From the NCBI GenBank assembly GCA_002269645.1, contig NIVC01002292.1, positions 1-64,000 of the forward strand: 64,000 nucleotides of DNA. Direction: 5' to 3'. The notes beneath the pieces are model-generated. The model made no database searches. It had not been told where the DNA came from and saw nothing but the letters and a program-made list of their open reading frames with translations. Shown here piece by piece: positions 11,824-28,964 of this stretch. The DNA comes from Macrostomum lignano. Lineage: Eukaryota. Position 1 is the stretch's first letter; every line of letters begins with the position of its first letter. The translations under genes were made by a program, and so were the position numbers.

Positions 11824-13581
11824 TTAAGCTACTCGCTTTCAAATCAGCAGCCCTCTGCCCAACAGTTTCTATCTATCAGCTATTTATCAGCGACGAGAAA
11901 TTCAAGCTTGAAAATTGGTGGCCAATCGTGCAGGAAACTGTGCTCGAATCTGTGGCTACATCACTCAGCTCACTTGGTTCGGGCACACTACCAACAACCT
12001 GTTGACTGATGCAGCTGAGTTGATTGCCTCGGACCTGGCGGTAGGTTGGCAGAAATTTTAACAATCGCTATCTGCAATCGACAATTCTGTCATTGATCAC
12101 GGGATGCCAGTTGGCGGAGATGCAGGACAAGGCGAATTCGCTGACAGCCGCTGCCGAAACCGCCGATGTCAGAGCAGGTGCAGTCTGGCGTGCGATCTGC
12201 TGTAAACTTCTGACTATAGAAGAACAGCTGGGCACGGTGCGGTATTCCATGTGACTTCAGTTGACCCTGCGTTATTTACTGTTGTATGCATTGTATAGAG
12301 AAGTACCTGTAAAACTCGCTCACGCTAATATTAATAATACTGAAAAAATAAAAACCTATACATAGATTCTTACTGTTGTATAATTTTGTCTCTTGCATGA
12401 TTGCGTGGACCATTGGACAATTGGACTATTTAGTATCTCAGGAAAAAGTAAACGAAAGAGGTGCGCAGGCCCAATGACAGCTTCAACATGCTCTCTCAAT
12501 TTGTAATTGGGACTTTGGTGAGAGGCGGACCAACAAGTACCTACATATAAGCACTCGTGCGTAGGTCGTTCTCGAGTCGGGGACCTGTTACGGCTCATTC
12601 GTACCACTCATTCCTCAATACGGCATTCGCTGGGAAGTTTAGCAGCACTGCATGGAATCATGAAATTTGACGCAGGTTTCCCCTTCATGACATGTCATTA
12701 AGTTAATTTTGGCAATCACATTAGTTTCTTAAACATGTATGTATTTAAGCAAATGCAAACTGTTCTCTTCAGCATGTAACAACGGCAACAATAGTAACAA
12801 AAATACGCTGTCATAGAGAGTTCTTAAAGACAGCAGCGTCACATGGTTGGGTGCCTGCAGCGTCAGCGCCTTCTGTACCGGCTGTGGGCAGTTGATGTTG
12901 CCTGCCAGCTGGAGTTACCGATGGCGCACGGTTGCTAACACACGTAACGACCCAGTAATGTGGGAACATAAAAACTAATTCCATTAATAATTTAGCCTGT
13001 TAGGAAGTTTCGAATACAATCGGACGTATTTACAAAAAAATGAAAAAAATTAGCATAGCTTTACTTGAGCAACACTCTAACAGAATAAACTAAAAATAAA
13101 TGTGTAATTAATTATTCGACACAAACGGATTCGAGCGATCAAAAGAAAGCATAAAAATCTGTGTTGAATGGTATGGACCAACTGGTTAAGTTTATAACTG
13201 GCCACTAATACGAGAGAGAGGCTGCTGCTAGCATTTCTGCGTCGGAATCAACAACCCCAGGGCATTGTTTTATTAAGACTGTAAACTTTTGGCTTACCAA
13301 AAGAGAAGAGCTTTTACCTGAGAGTTTCTATGGCCATTATTGGCTTTTTGGTAATTTTTTTGAGTGTCTCCTATAGCTTATATGGCTCGGCTGAAGAAAA
13401 TAGCGGGTCGCTAAACCAGACCATTTCAATCGGAATCACCCGTCAGAGAAGGGACCACAGACTTGAAATTCCCGACTTAACTAACACAAGCAATATCAAT
13501 TTTGAGTTTAGGACATTCAGGGCTGGTGAAGACAAGCAATCGAGAATCAGTGTCAGTTCAAGCCGAGAACTTGGCAGGGAG

Positions 13582-16446
<2,865 letters not shown>

Positions 16447-18446
16447 GCGGCTGTGGAGTCTGGCGAATGAGATCAGGGACTGTCAGCCTTAGCGCCGGGA
16501 ATGGACCAAAACCGACTGCCATGGATACCCAGTCGGACCAGTCCACTAGAAACCTTCGCAGTGCTCCCTAAAATCTGGTTTCTGGCCGACCGTTCCGGCC
16601 GCTTGCTGATGGCAGTCGGTTGGTACGGAGATGGTAAATAAATCAATAACTGCAGAAAGCTGTGGGCACCCTGGCGCAACGCCTTCGGCCACATGGTCCC
16701 ACATGCAGCGCTGACGGCTATTCTGCCCATTCAGCGGGCTCCTGAACACACAAGAGAGCCAATACTGTACTCAGGCACAGCACTCACACACACGCTCACA
16801 CAGGGTGTACAGCGGCCCTGACTTTCTTGAATCGTCACGCATGTAACACTATCTGTGCCTCATGGGCTTGAATTGTTACCTGTTGTTAGTCGCTATATCG
16901 CTATAAGAGAAATCCTTGCCTGTCCCAGTAGAATCCGAAGCGACTGTTTTATATTTGAGGAATTCCGATGACTCAACATTACATTTGACAAGAAGCGCCA
17001 CTTATATATGGGAGTGCATGGGAGGTTGTGAACAGGGAAATTGGCAAGGGGGACCGTGGGCTGATTGGCCTAAATATGGACAAGAATGCGCAGAGTTTGC
17101 GCATTGTACATTGCGGGGTACAGGTGAGCTCGAGTCTATTTTACATTTACTTAGCCACACAATCTGTGATTATTTGAGCTGAGAAAATCTGGGTGAGAAG
17201 TCGGACTTATCTCAGACCTGACACCACTAAGTGACATTCTCAGGCCATCTTGGTGTCTCTCTCCCTCTCTGGCTTCGGTGCGGCAAACATATCAGAAACG
17301 TCACGTGCACCCATATTTTTCCTTGCAATATCCTTTGGTTACGGAAGAAACAAACATGAAAAAATCTCCGTATGTGCTTATACATGTTTGATAGTATTTT
17401 GATATGCTGACGTTGGCAATGAGTCCTCAAAATAGCGCCGATTATTGCAATTTGATATCATATCAGACGGTTGGACAAGAGGGCAGCGCCGTGCAGACTT
17501 CAATGCAGATTTTACTATAGCAGTTGTAGCTTGTCCCAAATCGAAGTTGGAGAACGGAATGTACTTTGACTCTTGAATCCTCCTGACTCTACGCTAAGTC
17601 GCGGAGCTAAATATGAATTATCCTCAGACATCACGAGCAGTTGGCTACCGAATTCCGAGCCGTACAAAACAAAATGGCAAAGCGAAGAAGCTTACAAAAG
17701 CATATCTTTTACAAAAACTTGTCTAAAAACATTTTTTGCCGCATTCCTTGTATAAGCAGAAACTTCTACATGACAGGGCCCAGCTGATAAGCTGATCAAC
17801 AGCAGAAGCTTAATGAGGCGAATGCTTCTTGAAATTTGGTTAACAAGCCTTTGATTGACCTTTGGCCACTGATTCTACTCCAGCATAAAACGTCAAACAA
17901 GCTCAAGATTAACTAACTGTCTTGCAGTCCTTGCACGAAAACGCAAATCAGTAGTTGCTGCATTTCTGAAAAATGGAGCGATGGAGGCTCTGGCCTACAG
18001 AGGTACTTAAAGTAGGCCAGTAAGGATATAAAGCTTATTATGTTTGTGAGATCGTGTCTGAGTGTGGAGTCGGAGGCTTCATGTACGAGCGTATGTGGCA
18101 TGCATGGCTGCAGCATGAATTCCTCATGCCTCAGTCTACCCACGCTTTTCGGCTTTTTCAAAAAGCCAAGTCTCATTTTTTTAATCGCTGGGTCTAATTA
18201 AGACTCGAAATCTTGAATGAAATGGCTACTGCTTTTAGTCAGATGAGAATAAAAAATAATTGTAGACTGGCGTGCAGTTGGCATGCGCAGACAGACTGCT
18301 TGGAACTTTCAGGGAAATTGAATTGCTTGCTTGCCATTCAACAACAAACTAATTAGGCAGAGAAGCTCAAGAGAAGACAACATAAGGTCCTTAGTTGGCC
18401 CAGTCTGCCCCGCGAGTCAACAATGGCCTTGGTTTATCCGCTCTTT

Positions 18447-19757
18447 TAAACCGCCCCCGCACCCATCCGCCCGCAACCCCATCCGCCCTCGACCCCATCC
18501 GCCCCCGACCCCATCCTCCGCCCTCGACCCCATCCGCCCCCGACCCCATCCGCCCGCAACCCCATCTGCCCCCGACCCCATCCTCCGCCCTCGACCCCAT
18601 CCGCCGCCCTCGACCCCATCCGCCCTCGACCCCATCCGCCGCCCTCGACCCCATCCGCCCCGACCCCATCCGCCCCCAACCCCATCTGCTCACAGACACC
18701 GACCCCCCCCCAGAATCTATCCACCCAGACCCCGATCCCCCAGAATATATCCGCCCTAAACCCCGATCCCCCCAGAATCTATCCGCCCCAAACCCCGATC
18801 CCCCCAGAATCTATCCGCCCTAAACCCCGATCCCCCCAGAATCTATCCGCCCCAAACCCCGATCCCCCCAGAATCTATCCGCCCTAAACCCCGATCCCCC
18901 CAGAATCTATCCGCCCTAAACCCCGATCCCCCCAGAATCTATCCGCCCCAAACCCCGATCCCCCCAGAATCTATCCGCCCTAAACCCCGATCCCCCAGAA
19001 TCTATCCGCCCCAAACCCCGATCCCCCAGAATCTATCCGCCCTAAATCCCGATCCCCCAGAATCTATCCGCCCTAAACCCCGATCCCCCAGAATCTATCC
19101 GCCCCAAACCCCGATCCCCCCAGAATCTATCCGCCCTAAACCCCGATCCCCCAGAATCTATCCGCCCCAAACCCCGATCCCCCCAGAATCTATCCGCCCC
19201 AAACCCCGATCCCCCCAGAATCTATCCGCCCCAAACCCCGATCCCCCAGAATCTATCCGCCCCAAACCCCGATCCCCCAGAATCTATCCGCCCTAAACCC
19301 CGATCCCCCCAGAATCTATCCGCCCCAAACCCCGATCCCCCAGAATCTATCCGCCCTAAACCCCGATCCCCCAGAATCTATCCGTCCCAGACCCCGATCC
19401 CCCAGAATCTATCCGTCCCAGACCCCAATCCCAGAATCTATCCGTCCCAGACCCCGATCCCCCAGAATCTATCCGTCCCAGACCCCGATCCCCCAGAATC
19501 TATCCGTCCCAGACCCCGATCCCCCAGAATCTATCCGTCCCAGACCCCAATCCCAGAATCTATCCGTCCCAGACCCCGATCCCCCAGAATCTATCCGTCC
19601 CAGACCCCGATCCCCCAGAATCTATCCGTCCCAGACCCCAATCCCAGAATCTATCCGTCCCAGACCCCGATCCCCCAGAATCTATCCGTCCCAGACCCCA
19701 ATCCCAGAATCTATCCGTCCCAGACCCCGATCCCCCAGAATCTATCCGTCCCAGACC
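18447..19757 (+). repeat. C-rich compound minisatellite: about 14-20-bp GACCCCATCCGCCC units, then 29-32-bp CCCCGATCCCCC(C)AGAATCTATCCG(C/T)CC units
   Basis: Read directly: short-unit block about 18447-18690, long-unit block about 18700-19757 (more than 30 copies). Confidence 0.95.
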
Positions 19758-22700
19758 GTACCCACATCTAAAACCCCTCCGCCCACGCGCAGGCAGTGGT
19801 TTTACAATAGAGAAACGCGAGCATCCAGTGCTAATAACTTAAAATCCAGCTCTAGTTGGTTTATACCTCTCATAATAATTTTGAGTGAGCTACTGCTTTA
19901 AATTTTATTTGAAAAAAAACAATTCTCAGAGACAATCGAATTGAAATAAAAAATTGGATTGAATTTTTCAAACAGAAGAATCGGAGTAAAATCTGCATTT
20001 TCACCACAGGAAGCAGGTAATTTTTTAAAGTGTACCAAGAATTTCTGCGAAAAATTTGATTAGTTTTGCTAGAATTCCCATCGTTCAAAATGTCTATGGT
20101 AATTTACGTTAGGGCAATGACATTCAAGCAATGACCGGTCATTGTTTGAAATTGACAATAAAGCAATTTACCGGGATATCATTTTAGAAAACGAACGAGT
20201 CTATGAGCGTAAAATAAAAAAGTCTATGGTTGTAAGTGGGGCCCGCCCCCCACACCCCCATTCCCCCTTCCCACTCGGATCCTGATGGACAAATTGACCA
20301 ATGAAGGTATCTGCGATAGCCGCTCGTGTCTATGGCCAATACCATGAATTCTCACTTCCGGATAACCTCCCATTGTGTTTCTTTCTTGTTTCTTGTTTGT
20401 GTTTCTTTCTTGTTCTTGTTTTCACGGGTAGCACTATAAAAGTTCCAACTACACACATTTAAACAGGAACTGAACTTCAACTTCTACCCCCGCATGGCAC
20501 TTTGGACATAATTTTCGGTTGAATAGTACTACGAGTATTTGGAGCTGTGGTAAAAGTGACAATTGGCTTTGAATTCTCTACTCTTTGTCTTCAGTGTCTT
20601 TGTGGGTTCTGATTGATTTCGCTTTACACGTCCATGCTGACAGCTTCGCATTCATTTTATCTGTGATTGTTAGCCTCACAGTAAACTGTGTCCACAACTA
20701 GTCTGAGTAGTCTCCGAGATGATGGAGCTCATGTTTAGATGAAATCTTAGGCACGAATCCACTAGCTGGCCTTGTGTGAAGAGCCTGCTTTCTTCTTGGG
20801 GTTTTTGCGTCACAACTGGTCAGCTCTGCTTTCTGAATGTTAATCTCCAGCTTGGGATTCTGACAGAATTCAGGTATGGCACAAATTGTCATGGTCTTAC
20901 TGCAGCTCCGCTGGGTCCTCACTGAATATGTCCAGGTCAGTGCAGTACAGCAGATTGATTGATGGATTGATCGAACCCGTTGATGATAAGTTCACGCTCT
21001 GCAGGCCATCAACAATTTTATCTGTCAGTCTTTCAGACTTTTGGATTGTACGAGCATATTTGTATAGCTTCTCTGGCTCTAAGTTAGCCAGCTTCTAAAG
21101 TACTTAGCATCATTTTTAGTTTTTGTGAACTATATTCATCGTCATTATGTCTCAAGTGGAGTATTTTGATCCCGAATCCCGATACAGATCCCGAGTTTGA
21201 AGAAGGAGACGACAGTTTTTAACACTGATGATGAATGAAAATTGTTGCAGCCAACGTTTGGCATGCATGTGACTCTGGCCTATATCAGAAGCCGGACCAG
21301 GACCCGGAGTTCCTGGGGTTAAAGTTTGCCGAGAAATGATTCTTTCAACGTTTCGCCCAGGGGATCTTATCAAACATTGTCCATCAATGTCCATCATTGA
21401 TTACATTGGGGTGGCAATGTGATCTGAATTCCCGTAAACCCGTTGCCTATTTGTCTGGCTAGACAAACCCCTGACTAATTTTCGCGCACAAGCCCCAAAT
21501 GAATGTGCATGGCCTCGCACCTAATCGAGTCGAAAGAGCCCCTCTGCCACTCACTTGCGCCACTAATTGACCAATAGATTAATGGATTTGGAAATGTGAA
21601 AAGATTTCCGATCCACCAAGTTGTTATTGACCATCAGTCGATTTTCAGCGACACATTGGACAGGGGAGCCACTTTGCCTGTCCGTCTCCATCTGGAGAGT
21701 CCGCCTGCATCAATCTTCAGCGCACGCCTTCCAGAAGGGCGCAGCATCTTCGTTCTGGCCCGTTGCTTCTGCACGTATCTATTTTCTCGGCTTTCCTCGC
21801 CTCGCCATCCACTTGAAGCTGGAAGCCTGTGTGACACTGTGCTCCCAGGAAACGGCGCGAAGACAAGATGAGCACAGGCTCAAGTATACTCTTTGGATTG
21901 CTCTTCGCCTCCGCTGCCTATGGGGTTCTGGCAGCTTTTTCCTTGTCAGGCTGAAGGCAGACCTGCGAGCCGTTTGTCTGAATGGATAAATGCAGGGGCG
22001 ATGCCAACTTGCCTGAGGCTTGCAGAGGCTGGAAACGATTGTATGAAGCGACAATGGAGGAAAAAATCTTGTCAGTTTTCTTATGGATTTGGGATAAGCG
22101 ATAGCGCTTATCCAGAAGGTTTAAACTCTATCAAATGGCGAATAGCCGTGAGAAGTAATTATCCTGAGCGGAGATGCAAAGCGACTAAGCAGACACAACA
22201 TGGCAACTGCATCGATTCTGTTTTCCGATACCTAAGCAGCACTCCACTTTGCAGCTTCCTCATCAAGAGCTTGCAAGCACAAGTGCTTTTGAAGCACCCG
22301 AAGTCTGAATTCTTCCTTCCAGCTGCCTGAACGCGTATTCATAAATGCTGCTTGCGAGCGGTGAAGAGGCAGAGCTGCCCCGAGCCAATGACTGGCCGCC
22401 TCCGCATCCCGGTGTTTGGCACAGCTGCTTAAAGAGGCTGGGGAGTGTGGCTGCAGATTGCTTCAGATTGCTGCTTGCTCTGCTCAGATATTTCCTTAAA
22501 AAGCAGGTTTAATCCGTTCATAGATATACGTAGCTATCGCCTCGAGTCCGCCCTAGCAACAGCAAGCAGGTGAGCGCGTGATTGCGGAGATCCATCCGAC
22601 AACTGAACTCCTCGGGCCGCTTGTTTGCTTAGCAGTGTTGCATCCGCTCCCAAGTCCGATCTGCTTGGCTCTTCAAACGAGAAAAAAGATTCAAATTCTG

Positions 22701-23250
22701 TAGTATTGAGTAGTGGGATTTCTACCTTTAGTTCTATCTCAAATCACTTCTCAACTATTGTCTTGCCCGAATCCCATTCACTGGTAGAAATAGCTCCAAC
22801 AACACAAGATTTAAAAAAGCTGATCGTGGAAGCATCAGGGTGTTTTTTCACTGAAAAAATTCTTTGTCTTTGGCACTTCCGCTGCAAAAAATGCCTGCGG
22901 AAGTGAATTGAAGGCCGCTGTTTTCTCAGCAAACCTGACTGCTGGATAACAATAGCTGGGGCTCCTTCATCCTGAATGCCTGTCCGGAAGGCGTTCGAGG
23001 AAACGTGCAGGTGCCAAACGCAGCAGGCTGGCGGGCGGAGGCTGAGGCAAAGCCAACAACTGAACTCGGGGAGAAAAAGCGGCTCGAATTCCTGCAATCT
23101 TCCTGCCGAGCTTCCCTCCCCCTCCCTCCCCAGCTGCCTATAAATCGATGACCCCATTGGCTTATCAGGGGCTGCAACCAAAATCTAAAAGCTGTCGTGT
23201 CGTCCCACTCCATTTTTCAGACCGAAACTAATCAGAAGGGCACGAGAGGC

Positions 23251-23883
23251 ATGGCTGCCATCCGATCTCTGGCCCTGGCAACCCTACTGCTGGCGGCAGT
23301 CTCTTTGGCTCACAGCTCCGACTCGCCACTTCGTGAGTTCGCATTCGAGCTCACCTGGCTCGACTCAGGTGCGATGAGATCAATGCTTTGCACTGACTAA
23401 CACTTTTTCTGTCGAAAATTACCCGCAGACTCTGGCAGCCATCACGGAGACCACCTGTCTGAGTCGTCCGGGCACTCAGGAGCGCTGATAACCGGCGAGG
23501 CCGGGAAGCGCTACGCCGACTTCAGGAAGCGCTACGCCGACTTCAGGAAGCGCTACGCCGACTTCAGGAAGCGCTACGCCGGCTTCAAGCGTTATGCTGA
23601 CTTCAAACGCTCTGCTGAATACAAGCCCTACGCCGACTTCAGGAAGCGCTACGCCGACTTCAAACGCTCTGCTGAATACAAGCCCTACGCCGATTTCAGG
23701 AAGCGCTACGCCGACTTCAAGAAACGTTACGCCGACTTCAGGAAGCGCTACGCCGACTTCAAACGCTCTGCTGAATACAAGCCCTACGCCGACTTCAGGA
23801 AGCGCTACGCCGACTTCAAGAAACGTTACGCCGACTTTAGGAAGCGCTACGCGGATTTCAAGCGAAGCGGAGACGACGAGTGA
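23251..23883 (+). CDS. Neuropeptide prohormone (YADF / SAEYKPYADF / YAGF repeats), 2 exons, 190 aa
   Basis: Exon 1 23251-23368 encodes signal peptide MAAIRSLALATLLLAAVSLAHS. 60-bp GT-AG intron with CTAAC branch site, phase 1. Exon 2 23429-23883 encodes 15 YA(D/G)F units each bounded by KR/RKR/KKR, ending SGDDE-stop. Synonymous variation is present among repeats. Confidence 0.9.
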
Positions 23884-24134
23884 AAAAGCCGGGACTGACT
23901 CTAGCAAGCTAAACTGCTACTGCAAATCCCTCATATCTAGTCCGATTGCCAATGCAGAGAAGACTTGTAGCAGCAGTCGACTTTCGGGTCCTAGCATTGC
24001 AGAATAAAACAAAACAACTTGATGCGCAGTGTATGAAAATCATTCTAAATTCTTGAGTTTTGACTTGCTCTTTTGAATTATTGAATACATGTAGTTGAAG
24101 TTTGAACTTAGAGAGGTGAGAATATGGAGTGGTG

Positions 24135-24866
24135 TGAGCATGAAGTGGTGTGAGCATGGAGTGGGTGAGCATGGGGTGATGTGAGCATGGGGTGATGTGA
24201 GCATGGAGTGATGTGAGCATGGAGTGATGTGAGCATGGAGTGGGGTGAGCATGGAGTGATGTGAGCATGGAGTGATGTGAGCATGGAGTGGGGTGAGCAT
24301 GGAGTGATGTGAGCATGGAGTGATGTGAGCATGGAGTGGGGTGAGCATGGAGTGATGTGAGCATGGAGTGGGGTGAGCATGGAATGATGTGAGCATGGAG
24401 TGATGTGAGCATGGAGTGGGGTGAGCATGGAGTGGGGTGAGCATGGAGTGATGTGAGCATGGAGTGATGTGAGCATGGAGTGATGTGAGCATGGAGTGAT
24501 GTGAGCATGGAGTGATGTGAGCATAAAGTGGGGTGAGCATGGAGTGATGTGAGCATGGAGTGATGTGAGCATGGAGTGATGTGAGCATGGAGTGATGTGA
24601 GCATGGAGTGATGTGAGCATGGAGTGGGGTGAGCATGGAGTGATGTGAGCATGGAGTGATGTGAGCATGGAGTGGGGTGAGCATGGAGTGATGTGAGCAT
24701 GGAGTGATGTGAGCATGGAGTGGGGTGAGCATGGAGTGATGTGAGCATGGAGTGATGTGAGCATGGAGTGGGGTGAGCATGGAGTGATGTGAGCATGGAG
24801 TGATGTGAGCATGGAGTGATTTGAGCATGGAGTGATGTGAGCATGGAGTGATGTGAGCATGGAGTG
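24135..24866 (+). repeat. 16-bp minisatellite GAGCATGGAGTG(AT/GG)GT, about 45 copies
   Basis: Read directly; it explains the repetitive minus-strand ORFs 23909-24860. Confidence 0.97.
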
Positions 24867-27800
24867 AGGGTGGGTGGGTATTCTCTATTGTTCCCGGGTG
24901 GAGGTAGATGCTTGTTTTGAATTTAATTTAAAAAGCCCTGCGAAGTGTCTAATTTTGTAGCAACATTATAGTTATATACTTGTACATGTAGTTGAACTCT
25001 CAGACATTGCAACATTGGCCTGTTGGTCTAGAAAAATTTCCGCACCAGGCTACTCATCAGTAGCTGACAGAGCTTTAGCCGAAGCCGAGAAAGGCCGATC
25101 GGATTTGTCCCAGTCCAGAAAGTGAGGGCAACGAAGGCCAGAGGATGCAACAGCTGCGCAGTTCTGCTGCAAAAAAGAAGATGCAGAGTTTGTCCGCCCC
25201 CGCCCGCCGCCGCACGCATTTGCCACCAGCGACATGGCAGTTTCGCCCATCCACCAGTTGGCTAAAATTAGCCTGCCGTCAAATTCGGACGATATCCGTT
25301 GAAGTGAGTGACAGTTTTGGACTGCAGGCGCGCGCTGCGATTGAGTTGCCGAGGCTCTGCGTTGCAAAAAAACTGCGGATTGCAAAACAGCGCGTAGAAC
25401 GCAGAGAAGCAGAGAAGCAGAGAGCATCAGCTACATTTGAAGCCCCGACCGGGCTGCATCAGATTTCAGTAGGAGATTTCACACTTTGAAACAGGAGTGA
25501 ATTTGAGAATCGGATCGCTACTTGTTTAGAAACAACGAGCAAAAGTTTTGCAGAATTGCGCGGCAGAGTTGGCTGTCCGAAAATAGAAAGGCGCGTTTTA
25601 TTGTCAAGAAGCCGCTACATCGCAGCTGAAGGAAGGCTGCGCGCGATAAAAGACAGGAAACGTTTCCTAGAAAAACATTCCTGCTTAACATCTGGTCGGA
25701 TTAAGCAGCTTCCGTTGCTGTAAACCCAGAGCCGTCCCTGCCAGTGCATCAAATGCAGTCAGCTGCAATTGCCGCCCAAACAGCCACCGCCACCCTCCGC
25801 AAAGAGATAAAGGGTTCGGCGGCAGCAGTAGGCATTACGAGGCGAAATGAAATGCGTTTCGGCCACGAAGGAGTTCGCACGAAAATTGCCCCAAATATTG
25901 GGATTTTATTTCCCGTAGCTGCGCGAGACCCAAATCAGCATCGCTAGTCGAATCTGACACAGCCGCGGCCTCGGTGGCCTCCCTTCCCCCAGCTGACCTT
26001 TCCCTCGCAGATCCCGCGGTGAATGAACGGAACCAAGTGGGCAGCGGCAGCGGAAGGGAGAGGACGGACTTTGCCTGGATTTACAACAAGCTTCAACCGC
26101 TGTTACTGCCGATGCCGAGGGAAATGTAGATGCGTTGGCAAGGGAAGAGAGTGCTTGACTGCCGAAGGCTGCCCCTGGCCGCTCTGGATGATGGCTAAGC
26201 CAGGCCGACTGCATAAACAAATGCTGCAAACGGGCCGAGGCAGAGAAGGGAAGGCAGAGTGGAGTGGGGCGGTGGGGAAGCTGCACTCGAGTTTCAGCCA
26301 CAGCAACGGTGGATCGCTGGCGTTTTTCTACCCTTCCTGCAGTGTTGCGGCCTCCTCCAAGCCAAAGTCCCTCGAGGGGAAAAAGGGCGACCCTTCAATC
26401 CTGCCCCCAGCCTGCGGGCTACGGGGACGAAGTGATTAGGGGGGCTCAGGGAGGCCGCGCTGCGGAGATGGGGCTGTTTAAGGGGCTCTCCAGTGCTGCA
26501 GTCCAGCTTGGCTCTCTGCCAGGTCGCTGCTGACTTCACCAGCTGGTCTCCGCTCGGAAGGGGGGGGGGGTTGCAGATAAGCCTTCGCACTCTGGCTGCA
26601 CCGTGGCTGGAACCTCGCTGCAGCTTGGAGTGACAGAGGCCGGGACTGCTTGGCTCGATGAAGACAGACTGTAATCGATCAAGCAGCTTTCTTCAAGATT
26701 TTTGACAGCCACTCTCCAATTCAAATCATCTGCGCCATGCGCAACTGAAGTAGAGGGACAATGCACTGGGCAAATCATGCGGAATCCAATGTAGGCCGGG
26801 TTTACAGCATAAGGCATTAGCGATAAATATAAGTTTTCAGCCTTCTCACCCTTCTGAACTTCTGAATAGCCAATGGAGAAGTATTCACTTTGTCTGAGGT
26901 TGACTGACGAACTTCTCGAGATAAATCATTGTTTGTCGAAGGCCAGAAGCACAAAATATTCCAGTTGCGTTCTCTAAAGAAAGGTTTGTACCAAGCATAA
27001 GCTCCATCGTCGTGGATTTTTTTGATGAGCGCCTACTAGCTTTCAGAAGGGAACTCATTCCGGAAGCTTTACTTTTCAGAATGTCGTGCAAACAGGAAAA
27101 TTTGCGTCCCCCCACTTGATTGCACTCTCCATATTGCAGATTGTATTTTATTGCCAAACAGATCAGCCCTGATTCTGCACTGCAAACAAGTGCGGAAAAT
27201 ACAAATTCCAAAAGTACAGAACAGCGATAGACATGGCAGATCAACAGCGCAGAAGTTTTGTGAAATTTCACATCGAATCCATGCAGATTATTCACCAGAT
27301 AGCTTTATTTTTGTTCTGGCCTGAAGCTGAGTTGGAAGACCAAAAATATGCTGACAAAAAGTTTGATCGAATCGAGAGCGCCGGATTTTGGGGGCCGGAT
27401 TACAGGAAAATAAAGCCGCATTAATGGAACGAAAACACGCGGAAGTTTAGATAAAATATTGTCGATGTTCACCCGCTTTCGCTGTTCCTTCCGGTGTCAA
27501 ACATTGAGAAGGACGCGAGGATCGAAAGTTGTTGTTCTAACAGACAGTTTTGCGCTTCATCTCTATGGAAGAAAACATTGCTCAAACTTGAAAATTAAGT
27601 GGAACGCCTTATGCTTTAAAATTGTAGCCTTCACTTTTCTGCTTAAATTTTCTAATTTTACGCGATTTCTCGGATTCTTTTACTCGTAGTTTTCTTCCAC
27701 GGAAAAGCGTAATTTTACACAGAAATAAACAAAAATGTTCAGCGAAAATAAAAAGCTACTTCAAGCAAATTCAGAAAATAATACTGCCCCGGCTTGAGGC

Positions 27801-28964
27801 TTAACTTTTCGCACAAAATATGCAACAGATTGTGATTTTTATAAGCTTTTGGATGGGCCCGAACTGAATCCAGTTTGGACTCAGCTTCGGTAAGATGTCG
27901 AGCGGAAGTAAAATGAGGCGCGATGAAGAGAAGCGAGGAAAACAGTTGGAGCATTTTGCATAAAAAGTGCGATCCCAAGGCACTGAAAACTGAGTTCGAG
28001 TGTGTATGGCTGATGAAGACAAGGATGTAATGGGCTAATTCTGAGTCTTACACCTTGCACATAAAAAGCTACATAGACTAGAGTTACGGTGATGGTAAGG
28101 TGAGACGGTCGATTTTGACGATGCTTGTACTCAAATTAGCGCAAATGAGATTAATGCGATGAAGAAAAAGCGATAAAACTGAGTATAAAAAGCGCAGACT
28201 ACAGCGGGCATTGAGTACTTTTAGGGCAGCTTGTGCCAGACAAGCCTGTACGCATGCGCGTCAAAAACTCGAGGGGGAATGGGCTGCTGGGAGGTCGATA
28301 GGGCGAGCTACGAAGCCACCATGAGCCGGTCATTTTGCGTTGCCGAAGCTGGCTGTGCATTTTTTATTGTGCTCAGCAATTCTGGCACAGAGAAGGGCCA
28401 CCGCCGGGTGCCTGGTGGTGAGTCATGGAGTTGATATGTACAGCGAAGGGGAAATGGTTAGTTGCAGAGTAATCGCGAGGACAGCAAAGCGCTGAGGGTT
28501 TACACGGGATCAAAGCAGTGCGGGGAAAAACGAACGCGACACAAAGTAAGAAAAAGTTTGCCCTGGTCAGGTTTTATCTGGAAAAGCACCATTTTGCTTG
28601 AGTAGCTGAAAACAGACCGCCGAGTCTCCTTTGCAAGCAAAAAATCAACGCTCAATAAGGCACAGTTGGAACGCGCGACGAAAAAAGGCGGAACGCGCGT
28701 TATAACAAAGAAATCATTGCGCCGCTGCGCTTGCCGGCCGGAGTCGGCGGACAGAAAGTCTGAAGTCATCGACAAAAAAAAGAAAAAAGGACAGAAAATC
28801 TGTGAGGAAAAACGCCGGCCGAAAAGAATCATGGGGAGCGCATGCGGAGCTGTGCGTTCACTGACACGCGCTCATGATTTAAAAAATTGAAGGCAAAACA
28901 AAGCACACGGACTCAGAAATGGGCACAGCTCCCCCCCATCCCCTCTAAGCCGGCGGGGCTCGCA

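Noticed and set aside
16916-17182. Trp/Cys-rich ORF (MGGCEQGNWQGGPWADWPKYG)
   Set aside because: Could be an isolated exon, but no partner exons or family could be identified.
20690-22900. Coding-like fragments on the minus strand (e.g. KLANLEPEKLYKY..., WLPCPMCR)
   Set aside because: Multiple stops, no consistent splice model and no recognisable domain; possibly a pseudogene but not supportable.
23476-24860. Minus-strand ORFs 23476-23907 and 23909-24860
   Set aside because: These are the antisense shadow of the neuropeptide repeats and stop-free frames of the 16-bp minisatellite.
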